Positions 1-12,930 of a stretch of 64,000 nucleotides of DNA are shown here, piece by piece; the first letter of the stretch is position 1, and every line of letters starts with the position of its first letter. The notes under the pieces were generated by a model. That model was not told where the DNA came from. It searched no databases and saw only the letters and a list, made by a program, of their open reading frames with translations. This DNA comes from the human T2T-CHM13v2.0 reference genome, Homo sapiens: NCBI RefSeq assembly GCF_009914755.1, contig NC_060933.1; one strand, 5' to 3'. The position numbers were made by a program, and so were the translations under genes.

Positions 1-780
1 GACGTGACAATGCCTGTCCTGACTGAATAAAGAAGAGAGATAAGTCCAGCTGAGGAGTCTGTGTTATGGGATAATCGGAATTTGTACAGCAAAAGAGAAG
101 CTATTCTCAGTATTTCAAGGAGAAATTATTCAAGTTGAATAAATTAGAGTCTAAACCACAGTCTTTCCGAAGCCTATGGAGTGTTATTCATGAAGCAGGT
201 ACTAGACACAGGGGATTCTCAGGTGCTACTTCAGAAGCCAGGATGCACCTGCCCCTGGTGGTATGTGCTGAACACCGTGTGATGATCCTCAGTCCTGTCT
301 GGGAAGCCCAGGGCTGGGGGTGCTGATGCTCTCAGCTGCCTGCAGCACATCTCCAGGTGATTCTCCAGTCCACACCTAACTGCATGTGTTTTACTTCAGG
401 TGTCAGTGTACATGAATCCACCACTCTGACTTCCCAATCTCATGACAGTAATTAGTTGTAACTTATTGTAACCTCATGGAGCAACTCTAAAGAAACCACA
501 GAGAGAAAAGGAGTTTTGGAAAATGTGCTCCCGGAAGTGATAGTAATGATGGGGAATTGACAGCTGACGGGGAAGTAAGGTGACTCTTTCCACAAGGCTC
601 AACATTTTGCCAGTTATGAATTGTTGCAAAATACATTTGAATGTGCTTTCAAGTATTACCAGTTTGGGGTCATAGCTGAAAAACTTTATTAAGTCACAGA
701 TAAAATGGGAAAATCAGGAATATTTTATATTGTATGAAATATACAATAACACTGTGTGTGATGGCTCAGGTCTGTAATCC

Positions 781-1231
781 TGTGATAGTTAATACTGATT
801 GTCAACTTGATTACATTGAAGGATGTAAGCATTGCTCCTGGGTGTGTCTGTGAGGGTGTTGCCAAAGGAGATTAATATTTGAGTCAGTAGTCTGGGGAAG
901 GCAGACCCCCTACTTAATCTATGGGCACCATTTAATCAGCTGCCAGTGAATATAAAGCAGGCAGAAAAAAGTGAAAAATTGAGTCTGGCCCAGCCTCCCA
1001 GCCTACATCTCTCTCCCGTGCTGGATGCTTCCTACCCTTGAACATCGGACTCCAAGTTCTTTAGTTTTGAGGCTCGAGCTAGCTCTCCTTACTCCTCACT
1101 CCTCATGCCTGCAGACAGCCTACTGTGGGACCTTGTGATCCTGTAAGTTAATATGTAATAAACCCATATATATATATATATATATATTGAACTTATTAGT
1201 TCTGTCCCTCTAGAGAACCCTCATTAATACA
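781..1231 (+). mobile_element. 5' LTR of HERV-L provirus (MLT2A-type)
   Basis: Starts TGTGATAGTTAATACTGATTGTCAACTTGATT and ends CTAGAGAACCCTCATTAATACA, the typical MLT2A TG...CA termini. Has an internal (TA)n and is followed directly by the HERV-L internal start GATTTTGGTACCAGG. Confidence 0.92.
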
Positions 1232-4200
1232 GATTTTGGTACCAGGAATGGTTCTGCAGGATCAGAATATTAAGGCTGGAGTTCTTTTGTTGGTTTTGGG
1301 GTTTCTGGATTTGGCTGCTAAATATGATTAGATCCCAAAATGCTAAGGACTCTACTTTTAATAGTGTAGAGAATATTGACAGTTCTTGGCATGAAAGGTT
1401 TAAAGAGCTATGCAAAACAAATTCATTTGACACTAATGAATCATCGCTCATGAGAGGCAAGGAGTTTAGTGACTCTGTACCTAATACCCTTGACAAACAC
1501 CTTGCAAAATAGATTTGTGAGGACAGCACCTGCATCTTTGAAGAGCCCTGTAAAGGCTCTTCTCTGTATGTCAGATCTAATGGTGAGAACTGCAGTCACT
1601 CAGTTACAAAAGTTAAATACAATTTGGAATAATTGGATCCTGAAGTGGCAGGGGCCAAGTGGTAGCACTCAACCCTCAAAGGCACGGTGGGCGTAGCTAC
1701 CGTAATGGGCAGAAAAGACAAAGCAGCAATCTGAACAGTCTGACTCACGTAGAGCTCTGGCATTGGCTAACTAATCACAGTGTTCCTGGAAGTGAAACTG
1801 ACAGGAAGACTAATGCATTCCTACTTAATTTATGTAAGGAGGAAACTTAAGGTCAAACAGATAAAAGACTAACTGGAATCATAAAAACAGAGATTCATGG
1901 CCCCTCAATCAATTTCCAGCCTTGAGCCAGTTTACAGACCCAGAACCCCTTGAATGAAGGGGAGGCTGGGTCCCCCTGAGGTGTCCATGGCAGATAGGAA
2001 TGCTGCTTTGAGGCTTTGGCAAGCCTCCATAGGTGAATCATGGTGGAGGCCTCTAGTATTTTGCAGCAAGGACCGGTCATCTTCTCCAGTTAACTACTCT
2101 CCTTTTGAGAGACAGCTCTTGTCCTATACTGGGCTTTTGTGGAAACTGAACATTTGACTATGAGTCAACAAGTCACCATGCGACCTGAACTGCCTATCGT
2201 GAACTGGGTGCTTTCTGACTCATGTAGCCATAAAGTGGGTCATGCACAGCAGCATTCCATCATCAAATGGAAATGGTGTATAAGTGATTGGGCTCAAGCA
2301 GGTCCTGGGGGGCACAAGTAAGTTACATGAGGAAGTGGCTCAAATGCCCACGGTCTCTACTCTTGCCACCCTGCCTTCTCTCCCATGGCCTGCACTGATG
2401 ACCTCATGGGGACTTGCCTTTGAGCAGTTGACACAGGAAGGGAGGACTAGGGCCTGGTTCACAGATGGTTCTCCACAATAGGCAGGTACTGCCCAAAAGT
2501 GGACAGCTGAAGCACTACAGCCCCTTTCTAGGACATCCCTGAAGGACAGTGGTGAAGGACAATCTTCCCAGTGGGCAGAACATTGAGCAGTGCACCTGAT
2601 TGTGCACTTTGCATGGAAGGAGAAATTTCCAGATGTGCGGTTATATACTGATTCATGGGCTGTAGCCAATGGTTTGGCTGGATGGTCAGGGACTTGGAAG
2701 AAGCATGATTGGAAAATTGGTGACAAAGAAACTTGGAGAAAGAGTATGTAGATGGACCTCTCTGAGTGGTCAAAAACTGAAGATATTTGTACCCTGTGTG
2801 AGTGTTGACCAACAAGTGACTTCAGCAGAGGAGGATTTTGATAATCAAGTGGATAAGATGACCCGTTCTGTGGATACCACTCAGCCTCTTTCCTCAGACA
2901 CCCCTGTCATTGTCCAATAAGCCCATGAACATAGTGGCCATGGTGGCAGGGATGGAGGTTATGCATGGATTCAGCAATGTGGACTTCCACTCACCAAGGC
3001 TGAACTGTCTGTGGCCACTGCTGAGTGCCCAATTTGCCAGCAGCAGCAGCAGAGACTAACAGTGAACCCTTTGTATGGCATCATTTCCTGGGGTGATCGA
3101 CCAGCTACCCGGTAGCAGGTTGATCATATTGGAACTCTTCCACCATGGAAAGGAGAGAGGTTTGTCCTCATTGGAACAGGCACTTACTCAGGATATGGGT
3201 TTGCCTACCTGCATGCAATGCTTCTGCCAAGACTACCATTTATGGACTCAAGGAATGCCTTATCCACTATCACGGTATTCCACACAGCATTACCTTTGAC
3301 CAAGCACTCACTTTACAGGTAAAGAAGTGAGGCAGTGGGCTCATGCTCACGGAATTCACTGGTCTTACCATATTCCCCATCTTCCTGAAGCAGCTGGATT
3401 GATAGAATGGTGGGACGGCCTTTTGAGGTCGCGATTACAACATCAACTAGGTTGCAATACTTTGCCGGGCCGGGGCACCATACTCCAGAAGACCATGTGT
3501 GCTCTGAATCAGCGCCCAATGTATGGTATTGTTTCTCCCATAGCCAGGATTCACAGATCCAGGATTCAAGGGGTGGATGTGAAAGTGGAACCACTCACTA
3601 TGATGCACTAGCAAAATGTTTGCTTTCTGTTCCCACGACATTAGGTTCTGCTTTACTAGTCATCTTAACTCCAGAGGGAAGAACGCTGCTACCAGGAGAC
3701 ACAATAACGATTCCATTAAACTGGAAGTTAAGATGGCCACTTGGATGCTTTGGGGTCCTCCTACCTTTAAGTCAACAAGCTAAGAATGGAGTTACAGTGT
3801 TGGTGGCAGTGATTGACCCAGACTATCAAGATGAAGTCAGTCCGCTACTCCACAATGGAAGTGAGGAAGAGTATGCATGGAATATAGGAGATCCATTAGG
3901 GCGTCTCTTGGTATTATCATGCACTCTGATTAAGGTAAATGGGAAACTATACCCAATCCAGGTAGGACTACAAACGGTCCAGATCCTCTCCGGGTCACGA
4001 CCTTCTGAGGTGCTTGCTGAAGGCAAAGGGAATACAGAATGAATAGTGGAAGAAAGTAGTTATCAATACCAGCTACAACCACCTGACCAGCTGCATAAAT
4101 GAGGACTGGAACTATCATGAGTATTTCCTTCTTTTGTTAGAAACATGTTTGTGCATGTATGCACTTGTACTAAGAAAATATCTTCATTTCATTTCCCTTT

Positions 4201-4413
4201 TATCAGGTGACATAGATTTGCTGACCTCATATCAGCATTTAAGTATTGTTTACTTTATGTAAGAGTATTTGGGTTGGGGATGGGTGCATTTCCAGTTGTA
4301 GGAAGGATAGTTTATTATGTTAGGGGTAATTATGACCTTACTATTGTCTGTATTTTAAGATTATGTATGATCTCAGGAGATGTGTGTGGGTTCAAGTTCA
4401 CAAGGGGTGGGCT
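1232..4413 (+). mobile_element. HERV-L internal region, degraded and internally deleted (gag remnant, RT-connection/RNase H, integrase, dUTPase)
   Basis: Broken ORFs give ERV-L peptides: NYSPFERQLL, HKVGHAQQHSIIKWKW, RAWFTDGS (RNase H), HGIHWSYHIPHLPEAAGLIEWWDGLL (integrase), GVTVLVAVIDPDYQDE (dUTPase). A polypurine-tract-like AAGGGGTGGG precedes the 3' LTR. Many stops and frameshifts. Confidence 0.92.
3600..3950 (+). pseudogene. HERV-L dUTPase domain remnant downstream of integrase
   Basis: ORF 3407-4042 contains LLPGDTITIPLNWKLRWPLGCFGVLLPLSQQAKNGVTVLVAVIDPDYQDEV. Position after integrase is characteristic of ERV-L. Confidence 0.8.
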
Positions 4414-5332
4414 TGTGATGGTTAATAACGAGTGTCAACTTGATTGGATTGAAGGATGTAAAGTATTCATCCTGGGTGTGTCTGTGAGGGTGTTGCCAAA
4501 AAAAATTAACATGTGAGTCAGTGGGCTGGGAAAGGCAGACCCACCCTTAATCTTTGTGGGCACAATCCAATCAGCTGCCAACCCAGCCATACTATAAGCA
4601 GGCAGAAAAATGTGAAAAGAGACGGGCCTCACCTCCCAGCCTACATCTTTCTCCCATGCTGGATGCTTCTTGCCCTCGAACATGGACTCCAAGTTCTTCA
4701 GTTTTGGAACTCTGGCTGGCTCTTTTTGCTCCTCATCCAGCAGATGGCCTATTGTGAGACTTGGTGATTGTGTGAGTTAATACTTAATAAACTTCCTGTA
4801 TTAGCCAGTGACATCTAGAGGGACAGAACTAACAGGATATATACATATATATATACATACGCACACACATACATATATATGCACACACACACACACATAT
4901 ATATATTTATTTATAAAGGGGAGTTTATTAACTTACAGGATCATAAGTTACACAATGGGCTGTCTGCAAACTGATGAGAAAGGAGAGCCATGGAGTCCAA
5001 TGTTTGAGGGCAGGAAGAAACCAGCATGGGAGAAAGATGTAGGCTGGGAAGCTAGGCCAGTCTCTCCTTTTCAAATTTTTCTGCCTGCTTTATATTTGCT
5101 GGCAGCAGATTAGATTGTGCCCACCAGATTAAGGGTGGGTCTGCCTTCCCCAGCCCACTGACTCAAATGTTAATCTCTTTTGGCAACACTCTCACAGACA
5201 CACCCTGGATCAATACTTCATATCTCTCAATCCTATCAAGTTGACACTCATTATTAACCATCTCACTCCCCTTCATATATATATGTATATAGTCCTTTAA
5301 TTCTGTCAGTCTAGAGAACCCTGACTAATACA
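4414..5332 (+). mobile_element. 3' LTR of HERV-L (MLT2A), split into 4414-4796 and 5266-5332 by an inverted LTR
   Basis: Starts TGTGATGGTTAATAACGAGTGTCAACTTGATTGG. Resumes after the insert with CTCCCCTTCATATAT...CTAGAGAACCCTGACTAATACA. Confidence 0.9.
4797..5265 (-). mobile_element. Solo MLT2A LTR inserted in reverse orientation into the proviral 3' LTR
   Basis: TGTATTAG...CTAGAGGGACAGAACTAA is the reverse complement of the LTR end; GTTGACACTCATTATTAACCATCTCA is the reverse complement of the LTR start. Flanked by CTTCC (4792-4796) and CTCCC (5266-5270), a near-perfect 5-bp TSD. Confidence 0.9.
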
Positions 5333-5601
5333 TCTACACTTCTGATGATCTATTTCTTTTATTTTAGGTCATTTATTTCCCCTGGGTTGCCTACACTCGC
5401 TTCTTCCCACTCCCCTATGAAGGACAATATAAGCCTCTGGACCTCACTAGGTCAGGGCATGTCCCTGCTTGCACTATCCATGACACTTTTCTCTTTTACT
5501 CTTTAGCAATGAGGGAATGTCATCCTTACCCAGATGCCAGCCACCTGTCTCACATCCAGGACAGAGAGTCTCCATCTCCTCTCCAGCAAATACCTATGTA
5601 T

Positions 5602-5743
5602 GTGGGCATGGTGGCATGCCCCTGTGATCCCAGCTACTCCATAGGCTTAGAGGGGAGAATCACTTGTGCTTGAGAATTCAAGGTTGCAAGGAGCCATGAT
5701 CACACCACTGCACTTCATGCTGGGCAACTGAGTGAGACCCTGT
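5602..5743 (+). mobile_element. Old Alu monomer (FRAM/FAM-like)
   Basis: GGGCATGGTGGCATGCCCCTGTGATCCCAGCTACT...GGGCAACTGAGTGAGACCCTGT, right-arm type only. Confidence 0.75.
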
Positions 5744-5860
5744 GATTTTTCCCCTACATTTTACAGAATTTTTTTTTGCCTCTTTCTTCTATTAATTTAT
5801 GTTTTGTCCATTCATTTTCTGCAAACCTTCAGAGGGCAAATAGGAAGTTTCCCTTTTTAA

Positions 5861-6177
<317 letters not shown>

Positions 6178-6829
6178 CCTACTGCCTCACTGAATTAAAG
6201 GTGTGTTCAGCAGTTTCTTTGTTATTTCGAAGAGTGTCATCTGCTTCAGCAGGGTCAGTTTTTAATGTATTTGTTTTGTTTCTTTTTTCTCTGTCTGGTG
6301 TTGTTTTCTATTTTATTATAATTTTTTAAATTTGAGGGATGAGGTTTTCATAGCACTGAATATCAAACAATGAATCCGCATGAATGATTCACCTAATTTC
6401 CTTGGTTTTAGTCCTCTATACAGGTTTTATATAGCAAAAGAACCATTTAAAGACTTGGGTTACAAATGTATTTTATTTTACCTCTGGCATGCCTTGGGCT
6501 GAGAAAGCATTATATGGTGACACAGTATTTGTAACATTCTCATAGCCATCTGGCGGTGGTTCAAGGTATGACATTTTGAAAATCTAGCAAGAATTAAAAT
6601 ATGTCAAGTTAGAGATAAAAATTCCAGATTATTATTAAGATATAATTCATTTTGCCCCAAGTATATACTTCAGATTAAGCATCCTGGAACTAGGTTCTAT
6701 AATTAAATAGATAAATTACACTGACAACAATGAGAAAGAGCCTTATCATTATTTTTGTCTTCCTAATAATAGAAACTTTTATAAATGCATGCAATCCCAG
6801 GTAACCAAAAGTTTCCTTATAAAGTGTAA

Positions 6830-7935
6830 CAGCAGAGCTTCAAAGGTGGCATTTGGCAAGCCTCTTTTTTTGACTATGCCTTTTCAGCTTCCTTTGTGGG
6901 CTCCTTTTCTTTCATCTTTATTTAAATAATATTTCCCTATGTTTTATCCCCAGCCCATTGCTTGCCTCTGTACTGCCTCCCTGTGAGACTTCATTAAGTA
7001 TCAGAATTTTACCAATAGCTCATATGCTTATGATGCTTACCTTTTCAGATTCGTATATTTAAATGTTTTGTGATTATTTCATCCTGGATGTCCAAACTCA
7101 ACATGTTAAAATTCAAATTTATCATCTCTCACCCCGGGCCTGCTTTTGGTCTGCATTTCCTACCTCTATTAATAGCTTCAGTTATTAGCCACCGACACCA
7201 GACAGTCTCGGAGTCATCCTGAACTCTATCTTCCCCTCCTTCCCCAAGTCAATCACTAATCAAGTCCTGCTAATACATTTCCTTACTATTTCTGAAATCC
7301 ATCCCTCTTCCTCATTCCTACTAACATCCTAATTTAAAACTTTATTATCTTTTACCTGGACTATTGTCTTAAGACAACAACTTTAACCCGTTGCTTAGCC
7401 TAGGTGTAATCCACAGAGGATCTTGTCTGTCTAAGATGCCCCTCTAGCCACATCCTTCCCCTGCTCAGATCTTGTCATTGGCTCCCATGAACTGAAGTTG
7501 AAGTTTAAGCTCCTTAGGACAGCATACACGCCCTTCTATGATCTGTTCCCAGAACATATTTACTGGTTTATCTCATATCATGGCCCACTTTGTATTTTAC
7601 ACTTTTGAAATACAGAAAATCATTACATTCTCCCAATAATACTAAGCTAGTATATGCCTAAAAGCCTTTGCCAATATTTTGTCTTTTGTTGAGAATTCTC
7701 TTAGCTTATTTTGTCACGTGGTTAACTCCTTATGTCCTTTCACGACTCACATGTCAAGACTTCAGGAAACCTTCTCTAACTCCCAGGCTGGGCTGAGTGA
7801 CCCTTTTCTGGGTAAATAATGAACTCTAATCATACTCTTCATAGCACTTACCATACTAATTTGAAGTCTGAAGTATTCCATTTTCTGCCTCAGTTTACTT
7901 AGGCAAAGGAACCATGTCCTAGTCTCATTCTGGCC
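6830..7935 (+). mobile_element. L2 fragment (ancient)
   Basis: Diagnostic L2 motifs TCCAAACTCAACATGTTAAAATTCAAA, GGAGTCATCCTGAACTC and CAGGAAACCTTCTCTAAC. Boundaries approximate. Confidence 0.65.
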
Positions 7936-8321
7936 TCAGGACTTCAGCCTGGGCGACAGTGGGAGACTGTGTGTCAAAAAAAAAAACATTGCCAATGATT
8001 GAAGCCTAATACTGAAGATTCTGGTTTATTAATAATTAGTCTGTTGCTGGGTGTTAATTGAGCTCCCCAAGTGATTACTCATGTAGGACTTCAAAACGAT
8101 AATTTAGAACCTTGTGACTAAAAATCTGGGCAAAAATAAGCAGCATCAGTATCACCTGGGAGCAGCTTCAGGTCTCACTTTAGATTTACTCTGAATCTAA
8201 ATATTATATTTTTATTAAAAAAATTAAGAACAGATGACAAGCTTCAACTACATCTAAATTCTTTAGATTTACTTTAAAAGAATCAACATTTTGACACAAT
8301 ACCAAAGTGAACTAAATTCGC

Positions 8322-8620
8322 TTTTTTTTTTTTTTTTTTGAGACAGAGTCTTGCTCTGTTGCCCAGGCTGGAGCGCAGTGGTGCAATCTCGGCTCACTGC
8401 AACTTCCACCTCTCCAGTTCAAGCGATTATCTTGCCTCGGCCTCCAAAGTAGCTGGGATTACAGGCACATGCCATCATGCCCGGCTAATTTTTGTATTTT
8501 TAGTAGAGACAGGGTTTCACAATGTTGGGTCAGCTGGTCTCGAACTCCTGACCTCAAGTGATCTGTCTGCCTCGGCCTTCCAAAGGCTGAGATTATAGAC
8601 ATGGGCCACCATGCCCAGCC
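8322..8620 (-). mobile_element. AluS element
   Basis: Poly-T followed by antisense Alu body; TSD TAAATTCGC/TAAATTTGC. Confidence 0.95.
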
Positions 8621-8739
8621 TAAATTTGCTTTAATTTGGAGAAGTACTGGTCTAGAAAACACAAATTCCAAGGAGACTCAGGTTCTTAAGTTGATTTCTT
8701 GAGTACAAGTTCTTCAAATGCATTCTCCAAGATTAATTT

Positions 8740-10976
8740 TTTTTTTTTACTTTTTAAATTGACAAAGATTATACATATTCATGGCTATATGGGGATGTTT
8801 CAGTACATGTAGATGGTGATCAGATCAGGGTAATTAGCATATCTATCATCTCAAACATTTATTATTTCTTTGTGTTGGGAACATTCAAACTACTCCTAGG
8901 TATTTTAAACTACATAATATAGTATTGTTAACTATAGTCATCTACAGTACTATAGAACACTAGAACTTATTACTCCTACCTAGCTGTAATTTTGTATCCA
9001 TTAACAAATCTCTTACCATTCCTCCTTTCTCCCTACCCTTTTCAGCCTGCAGTATCCTCTGTTCTACTTTTTACTTCTATGAGATCAACTTTTCTTTAGC
9101 TTCTGCGTGAGTGAGAACATGTGGTGTTGAAATTTCTATTCCTGGCTTATTTTGCTTAACATAATATCCTCCAGTTCCATCCATGTTGCTGAGAATGACA
9201 GGGTTTTATTTATTCTTTTTTATGGCTAAATAGCATTCCTTGGTGTATATATACCGTATTTTAAAAATCCATTCATCTGTTGTTGGAAACCTAGGTTGAT
9301 TCCATATCTTGGCTATTGTGAACACTGTTGCAATAAACATGGGGATGCAGATGTCTCTGCAATATAATGCTTTTCTTTCCTTTGGATAAATTCCCAGTAG
9401 TGGGATTGCTTGAGGTGTTTCAATACTGTTCTCCATACTGGCTGCTCTAATTTACATTCCTACCAACAGTGCATAAGAGTTCCTTTTTCTCCAGCTACTC
9501 AGGAGGCTGAGGGAGGAGAACTATTTGAACCCTAGAAGCAGAGGGAGCCAGATTACACCACCACTGCACTCCAGCCTGGACGGAGAGTGAGATTCTGTCA
9601 AAAAAAAAAGTCCCTTTTCTTCACGTCTTTGTCAGCATTTGTTATTTTTGTCTCTTCTATAGTAGCCATCCTAACTGAAGTAAGATGATGCCTCACTGTG
9701 GCTTTGATTAGCATTTCCTTGCTGATTAGTGGTGTTGAACATTTTTTCATATATTTGTTGGTCATTTGTATGTCTTCTTTTGAGAAATGTCTGTTCAGAG
9801 CATTTGTTTATATTTAATTAGATTGTTGTGCTTCTTTGCTGTTGATATGTTTGAATTCCTTGTATATTCTTGATATTAATTTCCTGCCAGATGAGTTTAT
9901 ACTTTCTCCCATTCTGTAAGTTGTCTTTTCACTCACTTTCTTATTTCCTTTGCTGTGCAGAAGATTTTTAGCTTGATGTGATCCTATTTGTTTATTTTTT
10001 CTTTTGTTGCCTGTGCTTTTGATGCCTTATTCATAAAATATTTTCCCAGAGCAATGTCCTGAAGGAACTCCCCTATGTTTTCTTCTAGTAGCTTTACCAT
10101 TTTGGGTCTTATATTTGGGTATTTGAGATACTTTGAGTTGATCTTTGTATAGGGTGAGAGGCAGAGGTCTAGTTTCATTCTTTTGCATATGGATATCCAG
10201 TTTTTCCAGCACCATTTATTGAAGAGACTATCCTTTCCCCAATGAGTGTTCTTGGCATCTTTGTAAAAAATCCGTTGGCTGAGATATGTGGATTTTCTGG
10301 GTTCTTTATTCTATTCCATAGGTCTATGTGTCTGTTTTTATGCCAATACCATGATGTTTTGGTTACTACAGTTTTGTAGTGTATTCTGAGGTCTGGTAGC
10401 ATGATACATCCAGCTTTGTTCTTTTTGCTTAGGATGGCTTTGGCTATTCAGGATACTTTTTGATTCCATAAAATCTCTTTGGATTTTTTTTTAATTTTGT
10501 GAAGAATGTTCATAGGTATTTTGATAGAGATTGCATTGAATCTGTAGGTTGCTTTTGAGTAGTACTGTCACTTTAACAACATTCATATTTCTGATCCATG
10601 AGTATGAATGTCTTTTCATTTGTTTGTATCCTCTTCAATTTCTTTCATTAGTGTTTTGTAGTTTTCATTTTACCTCCTTAGTTACATTTATGTCTGGGTT
10701 TTTTTTTTTGGTAACTATTGTAAATGGGTTTGCCTTCTTAATTTCTTTTTCAGCAAGTTTGTTGTTCATATATAAAAATGCAACCAATCTTCATGTATTA
10801 GTTTTGTGTCTTGCAACTTCACTGAATTTGTTTGTTCTAAAAGTTTTCTGGTAGTCTTCAGGTTTTCCTATATATAAGATCATGTCATCTGCAAATAGGA
10901 ACAATTTGATGTCCTCCTTTCCGATTTGAATGCCCTTTATTTCTTTCTCTTGTCTAATTACTCTTGATAGGACTTC
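8740..10976 (-). mobile_element. L1 (L1MA-type) 3' fragment, with a short sense-strand Alu right-arm insert at ~9491-9609
   Basis: Minus-strand ORF2 C-terminal peptides ([36 protein letters not shown]). The Alu piece is flanked by the TSD-like AGTTCCTTTTTCT/AGTCCCTTTTCT. Confidence 0.9.
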
Positions 10977-11213
10977 ACATTTATATACTTTGAATATTTA
11001 AAATGTTTACATAAATGTCAGAATCAACTTTCATTTTTCATAGAAAAAGAAGATCCTACTTGTTTTGTAGTTTTAATATTAATCAATTATTATTATCTGA
11101 GACAAATTATTAACAAACCATCTATTAAAATATTTCACCACAAATAAATTCCATAAGGAAAATATCTACAACTGTTTTTATGAAAGAAAAAAAGGCTTCT
11201 CTACAGTTGCTTA

Positions 11214-11506
11214 GGCCTGGTGCCATGGCACACACCTATAAATCCCAGCGCTGTGGGAGGCCATGGCAAGAGGATCCTTTGAGCCCAGGAGTTTGAGACC
11301 AGCATGGACAACAAAGTGAGACCTCATCTCTACAAAAAATAAAAAAGAAATTAGCTGGCCATGGTGGTGCGTGCCTGTGGTCCTAGCTACTCGAGAGGCT
11401 GAGGAAGGAGGATCACTTGAGCCAGGGAGGTGGAGGTTTCACTGAACCATATTCACACCACTCCACTCCAGCCTGGGCAACAGAGCTAGACCTTGTCTCA
11501 AAAAAT
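11214..11506 (+). mobile_element. AluJ element
   Basis: Diverged dimeric Alu with GAGGATCACTTGAGCC J-type motifs. Confidence 0.9.
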
Positions 11507-11584
11507 TAAGTTAGTTAAATTAAACATAAAGTTGCATTGTATTTAAGAAATTGGGAAAGCAGAAAATGCTTCTGTTTTTCTTTT

Positions 11585-11824
11585 GAGTTGAACAATGAGA
11601 ACACATGGACACAGGGAGGGGAACATCACATACCGGGGCTTGTCAGGGGGGTGGGAGGCTAGGGGAGTGATAGCATTAGGAGAAATACCTAATGTAGATG
11701 ATGGGTTGACGGGTGCAGTAAACCACCATGGCATGTGTATACCTATGTAACAAACCTCCACGTTCTGTACATGTATCTCAGAACTTAAAATGTAATAATA
11801 ACAATAATAAAAACCTCAAAAAAA
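11585..11824 (+). mobile_element. 5'-truncated L1PA 3' end
   Basis: GAACAATGAGAACACATGGACACAGGGAGGGGAACATCACA...GAACTTAAAA plus A-rich tail; AAATGCTTCT repeated on both flanks. Confidence 0.9.
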
Positions 11825-12229
11825 GGAAATGCTTCTTCTTAGAACAGATTACATACCCTCATTGCTTTTTATAAGAGCCTGTAATAACAGAATATCCACA
11901 AGGTGGCAGTAATATATCAGTTTCATCCTCTGAAATTAAAACTTTTGCCTATTCAGTAATACAATGGATCTTTTGAACTCACTCTAACACGTAGAATACA
12001 GCAATTTGACTTAATAATTAGCCTTTAAATTTATAGTCTTGTATTATCACTTTAGTAGTTTGAATTATTTTGTATTTTAATATATTTAAATGAATTAGTC
12101 CTATAGAAATTGACTAATTTGACATGTGAAGGTGTTTTTATTCTATTTTCAGAAGTTTAGCTTTAAAAAAATTTCTAAACTTCGATATCTGGTGAGTGTC
12201 AATGTTTTTATCTTATTAAAAGCTGACAG

Positions 12230-12728
12230 ACCACACTATATTCAACTGATTTTTTTTTTAACAAGGATGCAAAATCAGTTTAAAGGAAGGATATCTTTTT
12301 CAACAAATGGTGCTACAGCAATTGGACATTCACAGGTACAAAAACTAAGACTGACCTAAATTTATACTTTATATAAAATTTAGCTCACATAAATCACAGG
12401 CTTAAATGTAAAATGTAATATTATAAAACTTAAAGTTGTGTATGGTAGCTCGTGCCTGTAATCCCAGCTACTACTCAAGTGGCTGAGGTGGAAGCATCAC
12501 TTCAATCCAGCAGTTAGTGGCTGCAGTGAGCAATGATGGCACCACTGCACTACAGCTTGGGCGAAACCTCGTCTCAAAAATAATTAATAAATAAATAAAT
12601 TCACTAAACTTTTTAAAATAGAAGAAAACTCTTGAGACCTTGGGCTAGGCAAAGAATTTTTAGGCTTGATATTAAAAACAAAATCTACAAAAGGAAAAAG
12701 TGATAAAACTGGACTTCATTAGAATAAA

Positions 12729-12776
<48 letters not shown>

Positions 12777-12930
12777 AGAAAGACCCTGTAAAGAGGTTGA
12801 AAAAATGAATTACAGACTGGGAGAAATAATTTGCATACCATATATCTGACAAAGAACTTACATCTAGCATATGTAAAAAATTCTCAAAACTCAATGGTAA
12901 TAAGATACCAATTAGAAAATAGGCATATGT
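12230..12930 (+). mobile_element. Old L1M ORF2 fragment with an Alu monomer (~12435-12600) and a T41 run (12732-12772)
   Basis: TTTTCAACAAATGGTGC, GACCTTGGGCTAGGCAAAGA and CAGACTGGGAGAAAATAATTTGCA-like ORF2 motifs. Confidence 0.75.

Noticed and set aside
752-780. Alu-head-like sequence before the 5' LTR and a possible proviral TSD
   Set aside because: The left flank AATCC does not match the right flank TCTAC, and no clear Alu continuation follows 5332. Cannot be supported.
12732-12772. T41 tract as a tail-only retrotransposon insertion
   Set aside because: No TSD seen. It lies where the host L1 has a short T run, so slippage expansion is the simpler explanation.
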